A DNA stretch of 64,000 bases from an uncultured Thermoleophilia bacterium (GCA_963770865.1 CAVYRD010000002.1:79030-143029); one strand, 5' to 3'; positions 1 through 9,334 are shown, counted from the first letter of the stretch. The notes: a model not told the origin generated them from the letters alone. Made by a program: numbers and translations.

Positions 1-1673
1 TGCGCCCACCCGCCGCCGTTGACGCCCTGGCAGCCGCACAGCACGACCATCCCGAGCATAGCCCGGTAGATCAGGTCGGAGTGGAACCAGTGGTTGGTGC
101 CGGCGCCCATCACGATCATCGAGCGGCCGTTGGTGCGCTCGGCGTTGCGGGCGAACTCGCGGGCGATGCGGGTGACCAGGCCGGCCTCGACCCCGGTGAT
201 CTCCTCCTGCCAGGCCGGGGTGTACGGCTCGGGGTCGTCGAATCCCGTGGGCCAGGTGCCCGGCAGGCTGTCACGGCCCACTCCGAGCTGGGCGGCCAGC
301 AGGTCGAAGACGGTGGTGACCAGGCGGCCGCCGACCCGCATGGCGGGCACGCCGCGGCGGATGGACGTCCCGCCCTCGGACTCCCCCTCGTCGAAGCGGG
401 GCAGGTTGACCGCGACCGGCTCGCCGCCGTCCATCAGCGTGATGGCGGGCACGACGCCCTCGAGGTCGAGGTTCCAGCGCCCGGCGCCCTCCTCCCCCCA
501 TCGGAAGCCGATGGAGCCGTTGGGCACGACCGGCGCGCCGGTGACCGTGTCCCACATCACCGTCTTGGCGGCGGCGTTCTCGCCCTCCTGCCCGAGGTCC
601 GCGGCCGTGAGGAACGCGCCCGCGACGTGCGCGTCGCCGCGCCCCTCGAGCGTCACCAGGAACGGCAGGTCGGTGAAGCGGCGGGCGTAGTCGGCGAAGT
701 AGGGCGTCTCGCGCTCGACGTAGAACTCGCGCAGGATCACGTGCGTCATCGCCAGCGCCAGCGCGCCGTCGGTGCCGGGCTGGGCCGCGAGCCAGTGGTC
801 GGCGAACTTGGTGTGGTCCGAGTAATCCGGCGAGACCACGACCGTCTTCTGGCCCTTGTAGCGGGCCTCGGTCATGAAGTGCGCGTCCGGCGTGCGCGTC
901 ATGGGGATGTTGGAGCCCCACATCATCAGGTAGGTGCTGTTCCACCAGTCGGCCGACTCGGGCACGTCGGTCTGGTCGCCCCAGACCTGCGGCGAGGCCG
1001 GCGGCAGGTCGGCGTACCAGTCGTAGAAGCTGGTGAGCACGCCGCCCATCAGGCTGAAGAAGCGCGCGCCGGCCGAGTAGGAGGCCATCGACATGGCCGG
1101 GATCGGCGAGAAGCCGACCACCCTGTCCGGGCCCCAGCGGCGGATGGTGTGGACGTGGGCGGCGGCCACCAGGTCGGCCACCTCGTCCCACGACGAGCGC
1201 ACCAGGCCGCCCTTGCCGCGCTGGGAGGTGTAGGCCGCGCGGGCCGCGGGGTCGTCGACGATCGACGCCCAGGCCTCGACCGGGTCGCCGTGCTCGGCGA
1301 GCGCCGCGCGGTAGCGCTCCAGCAGGGCGCCGCGGACGTAGGGGTGGCGGATGCGCAGCGGCGAGTAGACGTACCAGCTGAACGACGCGCCGCGCGGGCA
1401 GCCCCGAGGCTCGTAATCGGGGACGTCCGCGCCGTTCTCGGGGTAGTCCGTCTGCTGGGTCTCCCAGGTGACGATGCCCTGCTTGACGTGGACCTTCCAG
1501 GAGCAGGAGCCCGTGCAGTTGACCCCGTGGGTGGAGCGCACGATGCGGTCGTGCTGCCAGCGCTCGCGGTAGCTCGACTCCCAGTCGCGGGTGCGCCGGC
1601 GCTCCATGGCGCTCCAGCCCCCGTTGGGGCTCGACCGGGACCGGCGGAAGAAGCGGGGCGCGGGGATGGTCAT
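1..1673 (-). CDS. narG: Respiratory nitrate reductase alpha subunit (5' part, runs off window)
   Basis: Manual translation from ATG at 1673 (GGAGG upstream): ...RWQHDRIVRSTHGVNCTGSCSWKVHVKQG...YEPRGCPRGASFSWY...; NarG HxxxCxxxC FS0 motif. Missing from the ORF track because it is open-ended. Confidence 0.97.
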   Translation of the reverse strand, partial: MTIPAPRFFRRSRSSPNGGWSAMERRRTRDWESSYRERWQHDRIVRSTHGVNCTGSCSWKVHVKQGIVTWETQQTDYPENGADVPDYEPRGCPRGASFSWYVYSPLRIRHPYVRGALLERYRAALAEHGDPVEAWASIVDDPAARAAYTSQRGKGGLVRSSWDEVADLVAAAHVHTIRRWGPDRVVGFSPIPAMSMASYSAGARFFSLMGGVLTSFYDWYADLPPASPQVWGDQTDVPESADWWNSTYLMMWGSNIPMTRTPDAHFMTEARYKGQKTVVVSPDYSDHTKFADHWLAAQPGTDGALALAMTHVILREFYVERETPYFADYARRFTDLPFLVTLEGRGDAHVAGAFLTAADLGQEGENAAAKTVMWDTVTGAPVVPNGSIGFRWGEEGAGRWNLDLEGVVPAITLMDGGEPVAVNLPRFDEGESEGGTSIRRGVPAMRVGGRLVTTVFDLLAAQLGVGRDSLPGTWPTGFDDPEPYTPAWQEEITGVEAGLVTRIAREFARNAERTNGRSMIVMGAGTNHWFHSDLIYRAMLGMVVLCGCQGVNGGGWA

Positions 1674-1924
1674 CGCGGCGGGGCCTCCGTTGCTCGTGGC
1701 ACGAGGGACCATCGGTCACGGGCGCCCCGCGGGGAATCCGGGGGCGCGCGGTGGACGCGCGGGTCTTCCGCCGGTCCGGACTGCGGGCGGGCCGCAACCG
1801 CCGGGGGGTGGAACCGGGGCCGCGACCGGCGCGGCGGGGCTGTCGTCGTCACACCCGGAGTTGTATTCTCGGGACACACCTCTAAAAAATGGCGACACGT
1901 CCCGCCCTGGTCCGGTGAAGCGCC

Positions 1925-2713
1925 GTGATCGCCCGCATCACGCTGATCCGGACCCCCGTCGGGCGGATGATCCGGTCACGGCCACCCAGACGGGAGCGAT
2001 CCCTGAGCACCCCACCCACCGGCCCCGACGCCCTCGACGCACTGCTGCCGGCGCGCCACGCGCGCGCCGCGGTGCTCGCGCGGCCGGCCGCAGCCCGGGT
2101 GGCCGCCGCGATCGCGTCGGCGGACCATCCGCTGACCGCCCAGGAGGTCGCGGAGGCCCTCGGCCAGCACCACACGGCGGTGCGCCCGCAGATCGCGGCG
2201 CTCGAGCGGGCCGGCGTCATCGAGGGCGCGACCGACCCGCCCAGGGGCCGCGGGCGGCCGGTGCGCCGCTACGCGCCGGCGCCCGACCCGGCCGAGCGCG
2301 AGGCCGTGGGCCACCGCGAGCTGGTGCGCCTGCTGATGGGCCTCGTGCGCCAGACCGGCCTCGGCCCCGACGAGATGGAGCGCTTCGGCGAGGCGCAGGG
2401 TCGGTCGGTGCCGGAGGCCGGAGGCGGGGTCGGCGAGCTGCGCCGGGCCTTCCTGCGCATGGGCTTCGCCCCGCAGGCGCTCCCGGGCGAGAGCGGCCAG
2501 CCCGACGACCTGGTGCTCGAGGTCTGCCCCTTCGCCGACGGCGTGGAGACCGCCGGGGGCGAGCTGATCTGCGTGCTGCACCGCGGCCTCGCCCGCGGCA
2601 TCGCCGCGCGGGCCGCCCCCGACGTCGAGGTCACCGCCCTCGACGTGGAGGACCCGCGCCGCGCCGGCTGCCGCCTGCGCCTGGCGCGACGGGAGCCCCC
2701 GTGCCCCGGCTGA
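1925..2713 (+). CDS. SufR-like ArsR-type HTH regulator with C-terminal Cys cluster (start uncertain)
   Basis: HTH LTAQEVAEALGQHHTAVRPQIAALE, GRGRP wing, CPF...ICVLH...GC. Confidence 0.8.
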   Translation: MIARITLIRTPVGRMIRSRPPRRERSLSTPPTGPDALDALLPARHARAAVLARPAAARVAAAIASADHPLTAQEVAEALGQHHTAVRPQIAALERAGVIEGATDPPRGRGRPVRRYAPAPDPAEREAVGHRELVRLLMGLVRQTGLGPDEMERFGEAQGRSVPEAGGGVGELRRAFLRMGFAPQALPGESGQPDDLVLEVCPFADGVETAGGELICVLHRGLARGIAARAAPDVEVTALDVEDPRRAGCRLRLARREPPCPG

Positions 2714-3174
2714 GCCGCTGGTGCGTGCGCGCGGCGCTCGCGTACCTGGTGGCGGGGATGGCGATGGGCTCGTGGATGCTGATCCGCCAGGCCCAGCGGG
2801 GCTACGGCCCGGGCGCCCCCTGGCCCGCGCTCCACGCCCACGTGCTGCTCGTCGGCTTCCTGCTGCTGGTGATCTTCGGCGTCGCCTTCTGGATGTTCCC
2901 GAAGGTGGCCGGCCGGCGGCCCGGGGGCGAGATCGGCTGGGTCGCGTTCGCCCTCCTGAACGCCGGGGTGCTCCTGCGCCTGCTCGCCGAGCCGCTCAGT
3001 GACCACGGCCGCGGCGCGGCCGCGTGGGACGTCCTGCTGGGCGTCGCCGCCGTGCTGCCCGCCCTGGCAGCGCTGGTCTTCGCCGTCGCCATCTGGCCGC
3101 GCGTGCGCGCGGTCACCGTCGTTCCCACGCGCCGCGGCGCCGCCGCCGCGTCCCCCGACCGGGAGTCCCCATGA
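2701..3174 (+). CDS. 4-TM membrane protein, heme-copper-oxidase subunit I-like single repeat
   Basis: GTG 2701; four hydrophobic segments; LHAHVLLVGF and FWMFPK motifs; ATGA overlap with next gene. Confidence 0.7.
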   Translation: MPRLSRWCVRAALAYLVAGMAMGSWMLIRQAQRGYGPGAPWPALHAHVLLVGFLLLVIFGVAFWMFPKVAGRRPGGEIGWVAFALLNAGVLLRLLAEPLSDHGRGAAAWDVLLGVAAVLPALAALVFAVAIWPRVRAVTVVPTRRGAAAASPDRESP

Positions 3175-3506
3175 GCGCCCCGTTCCACGTCGAGCACGAC
3201 CCCGCCCGCTACGTGGAGGTGCCCGCCGCGGGCACCCTGAGCCGCACGATGCACCAGGACGACGACGTCAAGGTCGTCGTGTTCGGCTTCGCGCAGGGCG
3301 AGGAGCTCTCGGAGCACACCTCCTCGCGCCCGGCGCTGATCCAGGTGCTGAGCGGGGAGCTGGAGCTGACGCTGGCCGGTGAGACCGTGCGGGCCGGCGC
3401 CGGGGCGTGGGTCCACATGTCGGCCGGCCTGCGCCACGCGGTGCGGGCCCTCACCCCGGCCGTGATGCTCCTGACGCTGGTCCGCCGGGGCGCGCCGGCG
3501 GAGTAG
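3171..3506 (+). CDS. Cupin domain protein
   Basis: GEELSEHT...VLSG...LRHAVRA cupin motifs. Confidence 0.85.
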   Translation: MSAPFHVEHDPARYVEVPAAGTLSRTMHQDDDVKVVVFGFAQGEELSEHTSSRPALIQVLSGELELTLAGETVRAGAGAWVHMSAGLRHAVRALTPAVMLLTLVRRGAPAE

Positions 3507-3517
3507 CCGGCCCCCGC

Positions 3518-4000
3518 TCAGGGGACCAGCGACACCGCCAGCCAGAGGGTCGCGAGCGCGGCGAGCAGCAGGAAGCCGTCGAACGCGGCGCCCAGGATGC
3601 GCCAGCGCCGGGTGGCCGCGTCGTCGCCGGCCTCCTGCGCCCAGCGCACCCGCGGCCCCTGCCACAGCGAGTGCAGCAGGGCGACACCGGCCATCAGCAC
3701 GAGCAGCACCATCTTGGCCACGATCCGGCGCCCGTAGTCGCTGTCGGGCAGCTGGTCGAGCGACAGCCCGCGATGGTGGATGAGGCCGAAGCCCGTCGCC
3801 GCGATCACGACCAGCGTGACCGCGCCGATCGCGCCGAAGCGCCGGGCGGCCGAGGTGATGACGCGCCGGCCGGCGGCGGGGTCGCCCGCGCGGCGCGCCG
3901 CGGGGACCGCCACCGCGCCGAGGACGATCATGCCCCCGACCCAGACCGCCGCCCCCAGCACGTGGAGGAAGCGCACCAGCGTCCAGACGTCGTCCCTCAC
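3518..4000 (-). CDS. CopD/DUF4149-like 4-TM membrane protein
   Basis: RFLHVLGAAVWVGG; YG...AKMVL...H pattern. Confidence 0.7.
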   Translation of the reverse strand: MRDDVWTLVRFLHVLGAAVWVGGMIVLGAVAVPAARRAGDPAAGRRVITSAARRFGAIGAVTLVVIAATGFGLIHHRGLSLDQLPDSDYGRRIVAKMVLLVLMAGVALLHSLWQGPRVRWAQEAGDDAATRRWRILGAAFDGFLLLAALATLWLAVSLVP

Positions 4001-4013
4001 GGGCGGTGGCCGC

Positions 4014-4256
4014 TCAGCGCTTGCCGATCCGCACGCGCCACGCCTCCGGGCCCTCCTCGAGGTACTCCCACGTGAACGTCCCCGGCAGCTCGGCCTCGAA
4101 CTGGTAGCGGAGCGGCCGCGGGTCGTGGTCGTTGACCAGCTCCATCGCCTGGCCGGACGCGAGCCCGCCGAAGGTGGAGAGGATCGTGGGGTGGCGCTCG
4201 CGCGGCGCCATCTCGCGGACGTCGAGGACGGTGGTGGTGGTGGTGGACGCGGTCAT
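4014..4256 (-). CDS. DUF2249 domain protein (single domain)
   Basis: LDVREMAPRERHPTIL...LVNDHDPRPLRYQF...GPEAWRVRI; GGAGG RBS. Confidence 0.9.
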   Translation of the reverse strand: MTASTTTTTVLDVREMAPRERHPTILSTFGGLASGQAMELVNDHDPRPLRYQFEAELPGTFTWEYLEEGPEAWRVRIGKR

Positions 4257-5620
4257 GGGGTTCCTCCGGTGAGTGTATGGACGGACGGGTCGAGGGGCGC
4301 CGGCGCCTCGCGGCGGGCGCCGGGGCGCAGAACGCAGGCGGCCGCGGCGGCCGCCACCGCGAGCGCGGCGCCCAGCAGCAGCAGGGCGCCGGCGCGGGCG
4401 GCGGGCTCCCAGCCGAGGCCGGCCCCCGCGCTCAGGAGCGCCAGTCCCGCGGCGAAGGCCGTCTGCTCGGCCAGGGCGAGCGGCGCCGGGTAGAGGTCGG
4501 ACAGGCGCGGCGCGCCCGGGGTGCCGGCCAGGCGGGCGAAGCGGCCGGTCCAGACGAGCATCGGCACCACCTTGAAGAGGTGACCCGACGTGACGCCGGC
4601 GCCGAGCCCCACCACGGCGAGGATGGCCGCCGGCACGGCCGCGCGGTACGGGTCGCCCGCGCCCGCCCAGGCGCCGAGCATGAGGCCGGTGGCGAGGGCC
4701 GCGGACGCGAGGCCCAGGACCAGGTGGACGAGCGGCGCCTCGGGGCGGCGGCGCCGGTGGCGCGCCACGTCGAGCGTGAACGCGAGGGCCAGGGCGCAGG
4801 CGGCCAGCAGCAGGAGCCCGCCGGCGGCGGCGAGGGCCGGTACGCCGAGCCCCAGCCCGAGGGCGATCGGCGCCACCGACGCGTGCCAGGCCGCGAGCGC
4901 GGCGACCCCGGTGCCGCGCCGGTACCCGTGGGCCAGGGCGAACATCGGCGCGAGGCGCAGGGCCATCGCCACGATCGTCCCGCCGATCCAGCCCACCACG
5001 GCCACCGCGGCGTGCGCCGCGATGAGCCGCATGCGGTCGACCTCCAGGAACGGGTGGACCCGGTTGGCCGCCATCAGGGCGCCCATCGCGAGGACAACCG
5101 CGAACCACAGTGCCGAGGCGAGCACGCCCGCGCCCGAGGGCCCGAGCGTGCCGCCTCGAGCGGCTCCCACCGCCGCCAGGAGGAGGTCGGCCACCAGGAT
5201 CGCGCCGCCGGCCACGAGCAGCGCCCCGCCGGCGGCGACGGCCGCCTCGCGGGCGGACCAGAGCCCGAGCGCAAGGCTCCACGCGCCGGCCGCCAGCGCC
5301 GCGGCGGAGACCGCGGAGCGCACCGTGCCGCCCACGCGCCGGCGCATGAGCACCGGCACGAGCTGCTGCAGCGCGCCCGCGATGGCCACCGTCAGGAAGC
5401 CGAGGCCGACCAGGTGGACGGCGCCGAGCTGGGCCGGCCCGTAGGAGATGCCGCGCGCCAGGTCGGGCGCCGCGGCCACGAGCGCCGCGGCGCCGGCCAC
5501 CTGGGCGACGGCGGCGGCCAGGAGCATCGCCACCGGCAGCTGCCAGGGCGGGCCGCCCACCGTCTCCTGGCGCTCGGTCGTGCGCCGGCCCGGGGTCTCG
5601 CAGCGGCCGCGGGCGCTCAC
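4253..5620 (-). CDS. Multi-pass heme-copper-oxidase subunit I-like membrane protein
   Basis: About 12 TM segments in three 4-TM-like units; HLVGLGF, HAAVAVVGW, HLFKVVPMLVW; 4-nt overlaps with both neighbours. Confidence 0.7.
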   Translation of the reverse strand: MSARGRCETPGRRTTERQETVGGPPWQLPVAMLLAAAVAQVAGAAALVAAAPDLARGISYGPAQLGAVHLVGLGFLTVAIAGALQQLVPVLMRRRVGGTVRSAVSAAALAAGAWSLALGLWSAREAAVAAGGALLVAGGAILVADLLLAAVGAARGGTLGPSGAGVLASALWFAVVLAMGALMAANRVHPFLEVDRMRLIAAHAAVAVVGWIGGTIVAMALRLAPMFALAHGYRRGTGVAALAAWHASVAPIALGLGLGVPALAAAGGLLLLAACALALAFTLDVARHRRRRPEAPLVHLVLGLASAALATGLMLGAWAGAGDPYRAAVPAAILAVVGLGAGVTSGHLFKVVPMLVWTGRFARLAGTPGAPRLSDLYPAPLALAEQTAFAAGLALLSAGAGLGWEPAARAGALLLLGAALAVAAAAAACVLRPGARREAPAPLDPSVHTLTGGTP

Positions 5621-5919
5621 GCGGCCCCGGGGGCGCCGAGCTCGCGGAGGCCGCCCATGCCGATGCGGCCGGGGTCCCACGGCGGGTCCCAGACGACCTC
5701 CACGTCGACCCGGGGGCCGCCGGGTCGCGTCAGCGCCCGCTCGACGCCGTCCACGATCACGTCGTGGAGCGGACAGCCGGGCGTCGTGAGGGTCATCGTC
5801 ACGCTCACGGTGCGCTCGCCCACCTCGAGGCCGTAAACGAGCCCGAGCTCCACGATGTCGATGCCGAGCTCGGGGTCGACCACCCCCGCGAGCGCGGCCC
5901 ATGCCTCGGCCTCGGTCAC
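5617..5919 (-). CDS. DUF59/SufT-like Fe-S cluster assembly factor
   Basis: VVDPELGIDIVELGLVY...MTLTTPGCP...VWDPPW signature. Confidence 0.92.
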   Translation of the reverse strand: MTEAEAWAALAGVVDPELGIDIVELGLVYGLEVGERTVSVTMTLTTPGCPLHDVIVDGVERALTRPGGPRVDVEVVWDPPWDPGRIGMGGLRELGAPGAA

Positions 5920-6407
5920 GACGCGGCGCGGGGGCGCCAGATCGTGACCACCGTGCCGCGCGCGTCGGCGCCGATGCGGTACCGGTAGCCGCGCTCGTCG
6001 AGCAGCGGCAGCAGGAACGCCGGCACGCGGTCGTTCACCTGCACCAGCGCGCGGTCGGCGGGCAGCTCCTCGAGGACGGCCAGGGTCCGCTCCATCGGCT
6101 CGGGCGGCTGCAGGCCGCGGACGTCCAGCTCGAGCGGGGCCACCTCGCCGGGCCGCCAGTAGTCGGTCGCGAAGTCTCCCGGCGCCAGCTCGCGGGTGGA
6201 CCGCGAGAAGCCGAGCCCGGCCAGCACGCGGTGCAGCGGCGTCGGGTCGAACGGGCTGCGCAGGACGAGCGTCTCGCCCGGGGCGAGGCCGTCGACCGTG
6301 TCCATGATCAGGCGGTAGGGCTCCCCGCCCTCCGCCAGCACGGGGCGCACGTCGAGGGGGACGCGCGGCGACCCGGCCGCGGGGGCGTCGCTGGTCGTGC
6401 TGCTCAC
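5916..6407 (-). CDS. Tandem DUF2249 domain protein
   Basis: Two LDVR-initiated domains (LDVRPVLAEGGEP; LDVRGLQPPEPM...NDRVPAFL). Confidence 0.85.
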   Translation of the reverse strand: MSSTTSDAPAAGSPRVPLDVRPVLAEGGEPYRLIMDTVDGLAPGETLVLRSPFDPTPLHRVLAGLGFSRSTRELAPGDFATDYWRPGEVAPLELDVRGLQPPEPMERTLAVLEELPADRALVQVNDRVPAFLLPLLDERGYRYRIGADARGTVVTIWRPRAAS

Positions 6408-6527
6408 GGTGATGCCTCCCGGCTCCTGCGCTCATGCGCGCCTATTCATCTGCGGTATAGTGGAATAAAACAGGCCGAGGATCTTTTGTCCAGAAGCACG
6501 CAGACAAATCACAGCGGCGCGGTCCCG

Positions 6528-7226
6528 GTGCTGACGGGCGGCCTCACGGTCGAGGAGGCCGGCGCCCTCGCGCATCCCTCCCGCCGCGGCGTCGCCGAGG
6601 CGCTCGGCGCGGCGTCCGACGGCCTCACCGTGGCCCAGATCGCCGAGCGCGTGGACCTGCACCCCAACGCCGTGCGCCAGCACCTCGACGTGCTGCAGCG
6701 CGCCGGGGTGGTCGTGGCCGCACCCGCCGCCCCCACCGGCCGGCGCGGGCGGCCGAGCACGCTGTACGCGCTGGCGGCGCCGCACGCGGTCGCGGCCGTC
6801 GGGCACCGCGAGCTGGTGCGCCTGCTGCTGGAGCTGGTGCGCCGCGCGCGCCTGAGCGAGGACGAGGTCGAGGCCTTCGGCTGGGAGCAGGGCCGCCGGC
6901 TCGTGCCCGACGACTCCGGGCCGGAGGCCCTCGCCGCCTCGATCGCCGGCCTCGGCTTCGCCCCCGAGGAGGTCACCCCCGAGGGCGACCGCCGCACGGG
7001 CCGCATGGACCTGCGGCTGCGCGCCTGCCCGTTCAAGGACGCGGTGCTCGCCGAGGGCGGCCACCTCATCTGCGCGTTGCACCGCGGCATGGTGCGCGGC
7101 GCGCTCGAGCGGATCGACGACGACGCCGAGCTGGCCGTCTTCGAGCCCAAGGACCCGGTCACCGCCGGGTGCCGGGTGCTCGTCGAGGGGCTTCGCGCGC
7201 GGGGCGGAGGCGGGGAGGGGGAATGA
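6528..7226 (+). CDS. SufR-like ArsR-type HTH regulator, paralog of 1925-2713
   Basis: LTVAQIAERVDLHPNAVRQHL, GRRGRP, VGHRELVRLL (shared with the paralog), CPF...ICALH...GC. Confidence 0.82.
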   Translation: MLTGGLTVEEAGALAHPSRRGVAEALGAASDGLTVAQIAERVDLHPNAVRQHLDVLQRAGVVVAAPAAPTGRRGRPSTLYALAAPHAVAAVGHRELVRLLLELVRRARLSEDEVEAFGWEQGRRLVPDDSGPEALAASIAGLGFAPEEVTPEGDRRTGRMDLRLRACPFKDAVLAEGGHLICALHRGMVRGALERIDDDAELAVFEPKDPVTAGCRVLVEGLRARGGGGEGE

Positions 7227-7242
7227 GCGCGGAGGCGCGGGC

Positions 7243-7878
7243 GTGAGCACGCTCGCACCGCGGGCGCCTGCCGCGGGCGCCGAGCGGCTGCGCCTGGCGC
7301 GCCGGGCCCGGCTGCTGTCATGGGCGAGCCTCGCGTACATGGCGGCCGAGGGGGCGGTCGCCATCGCGGCCGGTCTCGTCGCCGGATCGGTGGCGCTCCT
7401 CGGCTTCGGCCTCGACTCGGCCGTCGAGGGCTTCGCCTCCGTGATCATCGTCTGGCGCTTCACCGGGCACCGGGTCTTCTCGGAGGCCGCCGAGCGGCGC
7501 GCGCAGCGGCTGGTCGCCGTCCAGTTCTTCATCCTCGCCCCGTACGTCGCATACGAGTCGGTCGCGGCGCTGGTCACCGGCGAGCGCGCGGAGGTGAGCG
7601 TCGTCGGCATGGCGCTCGCGGCCGCGAGCCTGGTGGTGATGCCGGCGCTCGGCGTGGCCAAGCAGCGCCTCGCGGTCCGGCTCGGCTCCCCCGCGACCCG
7701 GGGCGAGGGCCGGCAGAACATGCTCTGCGCCTACCTGGCGGGCGCCTTGCTGGCGGGCCTCGCGGGCAACGCCGTGGCGGGCGCCTGGTGGCTGGACCCG
7801 CTGGTCGGCCTCCTCATCGCCGGCGTGGCCGTGCGCGAGGGCGTGGAGGCTTGGCGCGGCGAGGAGTGCTGCGGGTGA
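7243..7878 (+). CDS. Cation diffusion facilitator family transporter (TM domain only)
   Basis: GSVALLGFGLDSAVE, WWLDP motifs. Confidence 0.8.
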   Translation: MSTLAPRAPAAGAERLRLARRARLLSWASLAYMAAEGAVAIAAGLVAGSVALLGFGLDSAVEGFASVIIVWRFTGHRVFSEAAERRAQRLVAVQFFILAPYVAYESVAALVTGERAEVSVVGMALAAASLVVMPALGVAKQRLAVRLGSPATRGEGRQNMLCAYLAGALLAGLAGNAVAGAWWLDPLVGLLIAGVAVREGVEAWRGEECCG

Positions 7879-8252
7879 CGATCGACGAGCTGCTCGCCGC
7901 CGCGCGCGCCCGCCTGGTGCGTCTCGATCCGGCCGCGGCGCGGGACGCCGCCGACGCGGGCGGCCTGATCGTGGACATCCGCTCCGAGGTCCAGCGCGCC
8001 GAGCAGGGGCTCGTGCCCGGGGCGCGCTTCGTGCCCCGCAACGTGCTCGAGTGGCGGGCCGACCCGTCGTCCGCCCACCGCGACCCGGCGCTGGCGGTGG
8101 ACGGCCCGTTGATCCTGATGTGCGCCGAGGGCTACCAGTCGAGCCTGGCGGCGGCGACGCTGCAGGACCTCGGCATCCGCAACGCGACCGACATGGCCGG
8201 CGGCTTCGCGGCCTGGGCCGCCGCCGGCCTGCCCGTGACGCCGTGCCCGTGA
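7875..8252 (+). CDS. Rhodanese domain protein
   Basis: IVDIR...CAEGYQSSLAA...GGFAAW. Confidence 0.88.
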   Translation: MTIDELLAAARARLVRLDPAAARDAADAGGLIVDIRSEVQRAEQGLVPGARFVPRNVLEWRADPSSAHRDPALAVDGPLILMCAEGYQSSLAAATLQDLGIRNATDMAGGFAAWAAAGLPVTPCP

Positions 8253-8890
8253 TCTCCACCGCCGACCGGGAGGACCACTGGGACCGCAGGTACGCGGCCG
8301 GCGCCGAGCGGGTCAGCTGGGCCGAGCGCGCCCCGCGCGCCTCGCTGGAGATGATCGCCCTGACCGGCGCGGGGCCCGCGGCCTCGGTGCTGGACGTCGG
8401 CGGGGGCGCCTCCCCGCTGGCCGGCGCGCTCCTCGACCGGGGCTTCGCCGACGTCTCGGTGCTCGACGTGTCGGAGGTCGCGCTGCAGGTCGCGCGCGGC
8501 GGCCTCGGCCCCCGGGCGGACCAGGTCACCTGGATCGCGGCCGACGTCCTGGAATGGACCCCGGAGCGCCGGTTCGATCTTTGGCACGACCGGGCGCTCC
8601 TCCACTTCCTGGTCGACCCCGACGAGCGGGCGCGGTACGTCGCGACGGCCCTGACGGCGGTCCCGCCCGGCGGTCACCTCGTCATCGGCGCCTTCGCCGA
8701 GAACGGGCCGCAGACGTGCTCCGGGCTGCCGGTCGCGCGCTACGGGGCCGACGCGCTGGCGGCCGTCTTCGGCCCGGGGGTCGAGGCGATCGCCGCGCGC
8801 CGGGACGTGCATCGCACCCCCGGAGGCGCGCTCCAGGCCTTCACCTGGGTCGCGCTCCGGGTCGCGGCGGGGCTCACAGCGGGATCGTGA
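8249..8890 (+). CDS. Class I SAM-dependent methyltransferase
   Basis: VLDVGGGAS, VLDVS, FDLWHDRA. Confidence 0.88.
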   Translation: MISTADREDHWDRRYAAGAERVSWAERAPRASLEMIALTGAGPAASVLDVGGGASPLAGALLDRGFADVSVLDVSEVALQVARGGLGPRADQVTWIAADVLEWTPERRFDLWHDRALLHFLVDPDERARYVATALTAVPPGGHLVIGAFAENGPQTCSGLPVARYGADALAAVFGPGVEAIAARRDVHRTPGGALQAFTWVALRVAAGLTAGS

Positions 8891-9293
8891 CCTGGGTGAG
8901 CCGCAGATGGTTGCCCGAGGGGTCGCGGAAGCCCGAGTCGATGCCGTAGGGGCGCTCCTCGGGCGGCTCGACGAACTCCACGCCGCGGGCGCTCAGCTCC
9001 TCGTAGTCGGCGCGGCAGTCGCCGGTCGTGAGGAAGACCGTGCCGGCGAAGCCCTTGGCCATCAGGTCGCGCACCTGGTCGGCGGTGCCGTCGTCCATCA
9101 CCGGCGGCCCGGGCACCAGCATCAGGACGATCGAGACGTCCTCCTGCCCGGCGGGGCCCACGGCGAGCCAGCGGAAGTCGCCCATCTCGGGAAGCGTCAC
9201 GTCGGCGCGGACCTCCATGCCGACCTTCTCGGTGTAGAAGGCGAGGGCCTCGTCCTGGTCGTGGACCCAGAGCTGCGCGTTGGCGATCTTCAT
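8874..9293 (-). CDS. VOC/glyoxalase family protein
   Basis: DQDEALAFYTEKVG...FRDPSGN. Confidence 0.9.
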   Translation of the reverse strand: MKIANAQLWVHDQDEALAFYTEKVGMEVRADVTLPEMGDFRWLAVGPAGQEDVSIVLMLVPGPPVMDDGTADQVRDLMAKGFAGTVFLTTGDCRADYEELSARGVEFVEPPEERPYGIDSGFRDPSGNHLRLTQVTIPL

Positions 9294-9334
9294 CGTGTCC
9301 CCCCGTTCGTTCGGTCGCGGATCGTGGGGCGATG

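Noticed and set aside
81-1928. 615-aa plus-strand ORF and many other long Arg/Gly/Pro-rich ORFs (e.g. 23063-25474, 39257-42139, 43085-46195)
   Set aside because: Shadow frames of recognisable genes in very high-GC DNA with few stop codons. Where they contain a real gene at one end, only that part was annotated.
1924-1942. FNR/CRP box upstream of narG
   Set aside because: GTGAT-N7-ATCAC spacing fits neither FNR (TTGAT-N4-ATCAA) nor CRP (TGTGA-N6-TCACA).
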